Positions 1 through 6,201 of a stretch of DNA of 36,911 nucleotides are shown piece by piece (positions within the stretch are counted from its first letter, which is position 1; each line of letters begins with the position of its first letter). This DNA comes from an uncultured Thermomicrobiales bacterium. GTDB lineage: Bacteria > Chloroflexota > Chloroflexia > Thermomicrobiales > CFX8. Under the pieces are notes generated by a model, which saw only the letters and a list, made by a program, of their open reading frames with translations, did no database searches and was not told the DNA's origin. The stretch lies in the NCBI GenBank assembly GCA_964399615.1, contig CAYNTE010000001.1, positions 21,305-58,215 on the forward strand. The letters are read 5' to 3'. The position numbers and the translations under genes are program-made.

Positions 1-779
1 CCGATGCCGATCTGGACCAGATTTGCCGGTGGTGCATTTGGAATGTTCGTGGCGTGAAAGAACGGCGAGCCGTGCATGCGCTCATCGAGTGCGAATTCAC
101 CGAGGTCCGAATGGCGGTCGAGGTGGATAATGCCGATATTTCCATTGATAAAGGGCGAGATACCGCGCACATCGGGGTAGCCGATGGCATGATCTCCTCC
201 CAAAACAACCGGGAAGACCTCGCGCTCAGCAACGTAGGCCAGCGCCTTGGCAATTTGATCGAACGATTTCTCGAGGTTGGAGGGGATGACTCGGATGTCG
301 CCTGCATCCACCATCTTGAGCGAGCGAGAGAGATCGACACCGAGTCCGGGATTATAGGCGCTCAGATTCTCGGTCGAGATCTTGCGCATGGCTGCTGGTC
401 CAAAGCGGGTACCGGGACGATTCGTGGTGCCGCCGTCATAGGGCGCCCCGACGATGACCACATCCTGATCATCGAGCTGTCGCATGTCCTCGAGAAATGG
501 AACCCCGAGGAACGTCTCATTCGGCCCGGCCATGCCGCGCGCGAAGAGGCTCAGCTTGCGATCTCGGATGCTCTCAGCGGGATCGAGGCCAAAGGCGCGC
601 CGTGCGGCGTCACGCTCCTCATCTTTGGTGCCTTCGAGGGCAGAGGCCGACTCCTTGGCCCAATGTCCCTGCAGATCTTCCGGCCGAATTCGTGACTCCT
701 GACCAGGCACCACGTCACCCTTCGCTTCCACGTCGTCACCCGCCAGCGCACTCCCAGCAGAACGATGCGGGAGTGTCAT
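1..779 (-). CDS. Ureohydrolase (arginase/agmatinase family), guanidine hydrolase GdmH-like; 3' end outside the window
   Basis: Manual translation from ATG at 779 stays open to the edge: MTLPHRS...GLDPAESIRDRKLSLFARG...VGAPYDGGTTNRPGTRFGP...DAGDI...NLEKSFDQI...LGGDHAIG...HLDRHSD...DERMHGSPFFHATNIPNAPPANLVQIGI. Contains the GGDH and DxHxD metal motifs. Absent from the ORF track because there is no stop in the window. Confidence 0.92.
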   Translation of the reverse strand, partial: MTLPHRSAGSALAGDDVEAKGDVVPGQESRIRPEDLQGHWAKESASALEGTKDEERDAARRAFGLDPAESIRDRKLSLFARGMAGPNETFLGVPFLEDMRQLDDQDVVIVGAPYDGGTTNRPGTRFGPAAMRKISTENLSAYNPGLGVDLSRSLKMVDAGDIRVIPSNLEKSFDQIAKALAYVAEREVFPVVLGGDHAIGYPDVRGISPFINGNIGIIHLDRHSDLGEFALDERMHGSPFFHATNIPNAPPANLVQIGI

Positions 780-796
780 GGACGGCTATGCTCACT

Positions 797-1300
797 CTAG
801 CCGGAGATGGAGTCTTTCGGAAGTCCCTCGCTCGAGTCGCGAACCTGCATCGAGCGGTCGACCATCGCCTCGGCCTCAGCAAGCATCGCGATCATCTGGA
901 AGGTGCGAACGGCCAGTGGAGCCACGATCAACCAGCTTCTGGCCCGGCCACTCATATCGCTGGCGGCCAGGTTTAGCTCCAGTTTGGCCTGGTCCCCGGC
1001 GAGCTGGGCAAATCTCCAGTACTCTGTCACGCCCTTGCCCGCGCCAGCCAGATGCTTGATGATGACCTGATGGTCATCGTCGCGTATCTCAACCAGTAGC
1101 CAAACGGGCCACCACCACAGCCGGAGCGCACGAAATCGCACGATCCGCCGCTCGTCGTCTTGATAATGGATATTCGCGAGTTCGATATGCGGCAGCAGTG
1201 GCGCCCAGCGAGAGGGATCGAGCAACAGATCCCGTGCCACCTCCACATTGGCGTCGATGATTTCAACTTGTCGCAAGACGGTGCGACCGTGACGCGTCAT
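797..1300 (-). CDS. SRPBCC/START-like (polyketide cyclase-type) protein
   Basis: 167 aa with N-terminal IDANVEVARDLLLDPSRWAPLLPH pattern and a C-terminal helix. GGAGAG RBS. Sits 17 bp upstream of the ureohydrolase. Confidence 0.7.
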   Translation of the reverse strand: MTRHGRTVLRQVEIIDANVEVARDLLLDPSRWAPLLPHIELANIHYQDDERRIVRFRALRLWWWPVWLLVEIRDDDHQVIIKHLAGAGKGVTEYWRFAQLAGDQAKLELNLAASDMSGRARSWLIVAPLAVRTFQMIAMLAEAEAMVDRSMQVRDSSEGLPKDSISG

Positions 1301-1360
1301 CTCTCCGCTCCCTTGAATCGTTCACATATCAGTCTATGCGAAAGTGAAGAGCAGCGGAAG

Positions 1361-2026
1361 TCAGTCAGCAGAATCGGTAGCGGCAGTGGTGATCTGGAGC
1401 GGATCGACCGAGCGCGCCTCGCCGTCATTCGCCACAAACCCTGTGAGTCCGATGAGTCCGGCTACGATGCCGGCAAGTCCCACCAGCACGAACGTGAGCC
1501 GGACACCGAGGAACGGCATGAGCACCAGCACCGGCACGAACGTCCCGATCAACGAACCTACCGTGCTCAAGCCGAAGATCCGGCCCGACGACGCCCCCGC
1601 CTCGCCGACCTGCGCCACGGTCAGCCGGATGGCCGCCGGGGTGACCAGACCCAGCAGAAACGGCTGGATGGTGATCAACGCGAGAACACAGATGAAGACC
1701 CCTAGCGTGACACCGCCGAAGTCAAAGGTCCAACCTTGCACCCAAAACGCAAACGAGCGTCCGGCGAAGGCAACGCCGAGTGTCCAGAGACCGGCACCGA
1801 TCAGCGCCAGACTCATCACCCGGTGTGTGGGCTGGCGGTCGATGAGCTTGCCCCCCAATTGATAGCCGATCGAGAGCGCTGCAAAGGTAACAGCGATGAC
1901 GATCGACCAGAGATCTAGTGTGGTGCCGAATGCTGGCGCGAGCAGCCGTTCTGCGGCGAGTTCAACGCCGAGGCCAACGACTCCGGCCATAAAGACTGCG
2001 AACTTGGCGTAGGTTGCAACCTGCAA
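1361..2026 (-). CDS. Membrane protein resembling the N-terminal domain of 'fused MFS/spermidine synthase' proteins, without the catalytic domain
   Basis: 221 aa, about 6 TM helices. Motifs ELAAERLLAPAFGTT..WSIVIAV..ALSIGYQLGG, LLGLVTP and SGRIFGLSTVGSLIGTF. TTG start with GGTGGAGAG RBS. Confidence 0.8.
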   Translation of the reverse strand: MQVATYAKFAVFMAGVVGLGVELAAERLLAPAFGTTLDLWSIVIAVTFAALSIGYQLGGKLIDRQPTHRVMSLALIGAGLWTLGVAFAGRSFAFWVQGWTFDFGGVTLGVFICVLALITIQPFLLGLVTPAAIRLTVAQVGEAGASSGRIFGLSTVGSLIGTFVPVLVLMPFLGVRLTFVLVGLAGIVAGLIGLTGFVANDGEARSVDPLQITTAATDSAD

Positions 2027-2115
2027 GCGTGTCTAACTCTCCACCGAAAATACGCATGATGCGTGTCGAATCCCCGCTAATTGTGCCGCAGGCGCGGGGA
2101 AGAACCCACGAATTT

Positions 2116-2124
2116 AGAATATCA
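2116..2124 (-). promoter_or_regulatory. Possible extended -10 promoter (TGnTATTCT) for the leftward operon
   Basis: Minus strand reads TGATATTCT about 90 nt upstream of the 2026 start. No good -35. Confidence 0.35.
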
Positions 2125-2137
2125 CCTCATCGCGATA

Positions 2138-2166
2138 TTGCGTTATTCATATCCGTAGGGTATACT
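2138..2166 (+). promoter_or_regulatory. Sigma70-type promoter
   Basis: TTGCGT (2138-2143), 17-nt spacer, TATACT (2161-2166). Predicted TSS about 2172-2174. Confidence 0.75.
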
Positions 2167-2172
2167 GCTTTC

Positions 2173-2390
2173 AGCTAACGAGGGAATGGTGATGGCCTGG
2201 AGCCACGAGAAACCACGAAATCGATCAACCTCGATCGAATCGCAGCTGGTTAGCTAGCTGCGAAGGGCAGTCCGAGAACCGTCGTCGGAATGTCCATAAC
2301 TACCAACCAGAGACGGTACCTTCTATTTACCTCATTAACTCCAGGATCCATCAGTCCATATGGAGCGGGGCCCAACAGGGCCCCGCAGCC
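2173..2390 (+). ncRNA. Candidate structured non-coding RNA (possibly 6S-like, or a new class)
   Basis: Promoter directly upstream. Long closing stem 2186-2202 with 2339-2359, four internal hairpins, and a 9-bp GC hairpin at 2365-2386. No convincing ORF. Confidence 0.6.
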
Positions 2391-2407
2391 ATTTCCAGCG
2401 TCTTTTT
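2365..2407 (+). terminator. Putative terminator hairpin
   Basis: GCGGGGCCC-AACA-GGGCCCCGC perfect 9-bp stem. The T-run is displaced to 2403-2407, so it is atypical. Confidence 0.5.
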
Positions 2408-2481
2408 CGCCTATGAATCAGCAAAATCCCCAGTTATGATGTCTGAGGAAGAGCGACCTGCCACGGCTGGAGGGAGATCCC

Positions 2482-2907
2482 ATGCACCAGTTCACTGATC
2501 CCGAGAAACGCTTCCTCGACTGCGACGGAGCCTACTTGCGGCTGGCGACGCTCCACGCGAACGGAGCGCCGCACCTGACCGTGATGTGGTTCCGGCGGGA
2601 AGCAGATCGCATCCTGATGATCACGCCGCTGGACTCCCAGAAAGTCAGGAATCTCAGACACGATACCCGCTTTTCCGCATTGATCGAAGACCCCGAGACG
2701 CCACAGCGCTACCTTGAACTGCGCGGGACTGCTGAAATCATCAACGACGATCAACGCGCCCGCGAAGAGCTCTTCCGGATTGCCCGCCGCTATATCGGCG
2801 ACGATCGCGCCCAGGCCTACGTCCAGGGCTTATCCCCTGCTCCCCGCGTCATCCTCGCCCTCGACACCGAGACCATCTTCAACCGCAACGCACTCGAAGA
2901 CGCATAG
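2482..2907 (+). CDS. PPOX-class (split beta-barrel) probable F420-dependent oxidoreductase
   Basis: 141 aa. Motifs LATLHANGAPHLTVMWF, SQKVRNLRHDTRFS and YLELRGTAEI. GGAGGGAGA RBS. Confidence 0.85.
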   Translation: MHQFTDPEKRFLDCDGAYLRLATLHANGAPHLTVMWFRREADRILMITPLDSQKVRNLRHDTRFSALIEDPETPQRYLELRGTAEIINDDQRAREELFRIARRYIGDDRAQAYVQGLSPAPRVILALDTETIFNRNALEDA

Positions 2908-2919
2908 CTACGAATTCGA

Positions 2920-3348
2920 TTAGCGCGGATCAGGCCCGTTCGGCAGGTGGTAATGCTTGAGTTCGATGCCGTGGCCGTCGGGGTCTTGGATGTAGAGAGC
3001 GTCGCCGTTGCCGTAGGCACCCTGACGGTTGCTAACCGGTCCCTCGATGATCGGGATGCCGCGCTCTTTGCAGACGTTTGCCAGCTCCTCGAGGTCCACC
3101 GGCTCGATCACGAGTGCGACATGGTTGAATCCGCCCTTGCTGGGGTCCCAATCGCCAACGTTGGGGACGATATCAATCAGCGCCGAGCCGGCCCGTAGCG
3201 CTGCGAAGCGGATATTGCCGTCGGCATCGTAATTCTGTCGAACCAGAGGCATCCCCAGTACATCGCGGTAGAACGCTATCGAGCGCTCGATATCGCGCGA
3301 ATTGATGTTGATGTGCTCCATGCCGATCGGTGTTACCAATGCATCCAT
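2920..3348 (-). CDS. VOC/glyoxalase family protein
   Basis: 142 aa. Motifs EHININSRDIERSIAFYRDVLG, NHVAL and LYIQDPDGHGIEL. Confidence 0.9.
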   Translation of the reverse strand: MDALVTPIGMEHININSRDIERSIAFYRDVLGMPLVRQNYDADGNIRFAALRAGSALIDIVPNVGDWDPSKGGFNHVALVIEPVDLEELANVCKERGIPIIEGPVSNRQGAYGNGDALYIQDPDGHGIELKHYHLPNGPDPR

Positions 3349-3454
3349 CCTGCCATCCTCGTTTCCGCTGCTGTGCCTTCAAGCTCCTGTAATGCATCCG
3401 CAATCAGCAACAGCAGCAGCGGGCGTTCAATTCCTTGGATTGTTGACTCCGGTG

Positions 3455-3495
3455 AAAAAGAGGAACCGCCGGTCGGGTGGGGGAGACCGGCGGTT
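3455..3495 (-). terminator. Rho-independent terminator
   Basis: Minus strand AACCGCCGGTC-TCCCCCACCC-GACCGGCGGTT (11-bp stem) followed by CCTCTTTTT. Confidence 0.85.
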
Positions 3496-3543
3496 ATGGG
3501 TTAGGGAAGGATAGGGATGAAGGGATAGGGAACCCTTCTATCT
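3455..3543 (-). ncRNA. Candidate ~90-nt sRNA with repeated C-rich motifs
   Basis: Lies between an ECF-like promoter and a strong terminator. 5' hairpin GAAGGG-TTCCCTAT-CCCTTC, three CCCTAWCC copies, and a C-rich terminator loop. Confidence 0.6.
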
Positions 3544-3548
3544 ATTAA

Positions 3549-3574
3549 GACGCTTCTGGCCCCGATTTTGTTCC
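3549..3574 (-). promoter_or_regulatory. ECF sigma-type promoter
   Basis: Minus strand GGAAC (3574-3570), 17 nt, CGTC (3552-3549), resembling the GGAAC/CGTC pattern of many ECF sigma promoters. Confidence 0.6.
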
Positions 3575-3613
3575 ATCAGGCTGATAACTTCTTCATTCCT
3601 CGGCATTCCCCCA

Positions 3614-4609
3614 TCACTTGGATCTGCTGACAACCACCACAGCCGCGGCGATGATCAGGCCACCGACGATGCTGGCCACCGTGATCGACTCCCCGAGAAT
3701 CAACGCTCCGAAGATGATCGCAACCGGTGGTTCCAGATAGACCCAGGTCGCAGCACGGCCGGCCTCGATCATTGCGAGTGCACGGTTGTAGCAGAAATAC
3801 GCCAGGACCGAGCACACGAGCGCCAGATAGACCACCCAGAGCCACTGCTTGCCGCTCAGGTCACCGACAGCATCCCAATCGCCCGTGATTGCAGCGAGGA
3901 TCGCCAGACCGGCCGCACCAGCTGCGGTCATCCCTGCCGTCAGTGTCAGCGCATCAAACCGGTCGCGCATGCCGCGAGCGAAGGTCGAGTAGAGCGCGAA
4001 GAGCGCGGCGTTGGCAACCAGGCAGAGCGCGCCGACCGCGAAGTCACGCGAGACGCTGAACTCCAGCCCCGACTCACGCTGGATCGTCACAACCACGACA
4101 CCGATCAGGCCCATCGCCAGGGCGACGATATGTGCCGAGCGGAACGCTTCGCCGAGTCTGGCACGCGCGACCAGCACCGTGGCGATCGGGATGAGCCCCA
4201 CCACCAAGATCGAGGCGATTCCGGCATTCGTCAGCCGCACACCGGTGTACTGAAGCCAGAAGTAGGCCGCAATGCTGACCTGCCCCAGCGCCACCAATCG
4301 TAGGAGATCGCCGCGGGTCAACCGCCGCGCCGGGGCCGCCGAGTTGCGGTTGGCGGCCCGACGGGCAATGAGCGGCGGGACAAAGAGCGCGCTGGCCAGG
4401 ACGAACCGCAGAGCGGCCAAGACTGTCGGGGTCAAGGTCGCGTCGCCTGGATTCGTCGGCGCCAGGAGCGCTCTGGCCGCTACAAACGAGCCGCCCCAGA
4501 CGACCATCGTGAACGCCAGCAGGCCATAGGCTAGCGCTCTTCCAGACGAGATCCCCGGCACACTGGTCGCGGCGGCTGCTGAGGTCGATGCCTCAGGCAT
4601 GGGTGACAT
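3614..4609 (-). CDS. DMT/EamA family transporter
   Basis: 331 aa, about 10 TM helices. Motifs VVWGGSF, LAALRF, YLEPPVA and LGESIT. Start could be 4600. Confidence 0.92.
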   Translation of the reverse strand: MSPMPEASTSAAAATSVPGISSGRALAYGLLAFTMVVWGGSFVAARALLAPTNPGDATLTPTVLAALRFVLASALFVPPLIARRAANRNSAAPARRLTRGDLLRLVALGQVSIAAYFWLQYTGVRLTNAGIASILVVGLIPIATVLVARARLGEAFRSAHIVALAMGLIGVVVVTIQRESGLEFSVSRDFAVGALCLVANAALFALYSTFARGMRDRFDALTLTAGMTAAGAAGLAILAAITGDWDAVGDLSGKQWLWVVYLALVCSVLAYFCYNRALAMIEAGRAATWVYLEPPVAIIFGALILGESITVASIVGGLIIAAAVVVVSRSK

Positions 4610-4629
4610 TTACACCTTTCACGTGTTGA

Positions 4630-5988
4630 CTAGTAGACCTCAAGATAGCGGTTGCGAATCCAGCTGCCAACATGCTGCCGGAACGCACCCCACTCTTGCT
4701 TCTGCGCGTCAACCAGGTGTGAGTAGATGTGTTCGCCGAGTGCCTCTCGCACGACATCGTTCTTCTGCAGCTCATCGACTGCTTCGCCGAGGGTGCCTGG
4801 AAGCGAGCCGACGTTGCGCCGCTCCAGATCGTCCTCCGTGAAGTGATAGAGATCTTCTTCAACGGGCTCTGGCAGAGGAATGTTGTTCTCGATGCCGTCG
4901 ATACCAGCCGCCAGCATCACCGCAAATGCGAGATACGGATTGCACGATGGATCTGGACAGCGCAGCTCGACGCGTGTTGCCGCCAGCTTATGGCCGCGCA
5001 CCGCTGGCACGCGAATCAGCGCTGAGCGATTGGTGCGCGCCCAGCTGATGTAGACCGGGGCCTCGAATCCCGGCACCAGCCGCTGGTAGGAGTTGATGAT
5101 CGGCGCGAAGACGGCTGTCATGCCGCGTGCGTGGTACAGCTGGCCCGCAATGAAGCGGCGCGCAACGTCCGAGAGCGAATAGGGATCATTCTCGTCGACG
5201 AACGCGTTGCTGCCGTCGTCCAGCCGGTAAAAGCTCTGATGGACGTGCATGCCCGATCCATTGACTCCCTCTAGCGGCTTCGGCATGAAGGTGGCGTGCA
5301 GACCGTGGCGCTGGGCGACAGCCTTGAGCGCATACTTCAGCGTGATGGCGCTATCTGCTGTCTTCAACGCATCGGCATAGCGGAAATCAATCTCGTGCTG
5401 GCCGTTGGCGACTTCATGGTGCGATTGCTCAACCGTGATCCCCATCTCTTCCAGCGTCACCACCATATCTTGGCGGACATCTGAGGCCAGATCAGTCGAG
5501 ACATCGAAATAGCCCGCCCGGTCGTACGGCAGCGGTGCAATCTGATCGCCTTCGATCCTGAAGAGGAAAAACTCCAGCTCAGGCCCCGTGTTGTAGCCAT
5601 AGCCGAGTTTCGCCAGTCTATCGAGCTGGCGCCGCAGCACCGTCCGGGGATCGCCGGGGAATGGATCGCCGTTGGGGTTGAAGACGTCGCAAATCAGGCG
5701 CGCCGTCGCGTGACCGTTCTTCTTCCAGGGGATCACCGCATAGGTGTCACGATCCGGCATCAGGTACATATCGCTCTCGGCGATGCGTGCGAAGCCCTCG
5801 ATCGACGAGCCGTCGAACCAGATGCCGTTGTTGAGCGCTTCCTCGACCTCCGTCTTCGGAATCGTCACGTTCTTCACTATCCCCATGATGTCCGTGAATT
5901 GCATATTCACGAACTTCACGCGGTCTTCATCGAGCCACGACATGACCTCCATCGTGCTCGGCTTGGGACTACTCACTACCGTGCTCAT
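4630..5988 (-). CDS. glnA: Glutamine synthetase type I (GSI-alpha-like)
   Basis: Motifs FDGSSIEGFARIAESDM, GPELEFF, HHEVANGQHEI, TFMPKP..NGSGMHVHQS, PGFEAP, NRSALIRVP and ELRCPDPSCNPYLA. Start set at ATG 5988 behind GAGGAGG (the ORF track starts at 6021). Confidence 0.96.
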   Translation of the reverse strand: MSTVVSSPKPSTMEVMSWLDEDRVKFVNMQFTDIMGIVKNVTIPKTEVEEALNNGIWFDGSSIEGFARIAESDMYLMPDRDTYAVIPWKKNGHATARLICDVFNPNGDPFPGDPRTVLRRQLDRLAKLGYGYNTGPELEFFLFRIEGDQIAPLPYDRAGYFDVSTDLASDVRQDMVVTLEEMGITVEQSHHEVANGQHEIDFRYADALKTADSAITLKYALKAVAQRHGLHATFMPKPLEGVNGSGMHVHQSFYRLDDGSNAFVDENDPYSLSDVARRFIAGQLYHARGMTAVFAPIINSYQRLVPGFEAPVYISWARTNRSALIRVPAVRGHKLAATRVELRCPDPSCNPYLAFAVMLAAGIDGIENNIPLPEPVEEDLYHFTEDDLERRNVGSLPGTLGEAVDELQKNDVVREALGEHIYSHLVDAQKQEWGAFRQHVGSWIRNRYLEVY

Positions 5989-6147
5989 CCAGCCGTCCTC
6001 CTCGCGCTTGCGATGCACCAAATTCCCACGTCGAACGTACGGTCACTGTTGTAAACCCCAGAACCCGCTTATGCATACGTACGCAATGACGAATTTTCGA
6101 TGGATTTTTAGGCATGATGCACAATGACCGCAGCAGCACAAGCAAAT

Positions 6148-6171
6148 GGGCGACCCGGATCCGGGTCGCCC
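6148..6171. terminator. Perfect 24-bp palindrome, probable terminator of the peptidase operon
   Basis: GGGCGACCCGGATCCGGGTCGCCC, 30 bp after the S9 peptidase stop. Weak T-tract on the minus strand. Confidence 0.6.
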
Positions 6172-6201
6172 TCATGCATGGTGCAATAGCGTGTTGCGGG
6201 A

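Noticed and set aside
54-695. 213-aa plus-strand ORF
   Set aside because: Antisense shadow of the minus-strand ureohydrolase, which carries clear family motifs.
2186-2257. 23-aa ORF MVMAWSHEKPRNRSTSIESQLVS inside the candidate RNA
   Set aside because: The start codons lie in the closing stem and the peptide has no recognisable features. A leader peptide cannot be fully excluded without ribosome profiling.
2240-2320. Guanidine riboswitch (classes I-III) near the GdmH-like operon
   Set aside because: Only fragments match: one minus-strand CCG-ACGA-CGG hairpin (class II needs two), GTCCGAGA without the class I 3' AAAAGCCCGG element, and no class III core.
2186-2359. Retron msr-msd (terminal inverted repeats enclosing hairpins)
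   Set aside because: No reverse transcriptase gene in the window.
2434-2754. 106-aa minus-strand ORF
   Set aside because: Antisense to the well-supported PPOX gene.
3498-3538. CRISPR or tandem repeat array
   Set aside because: Units are only about 8 nt with irregular spacing, no spacers and no cas genes.
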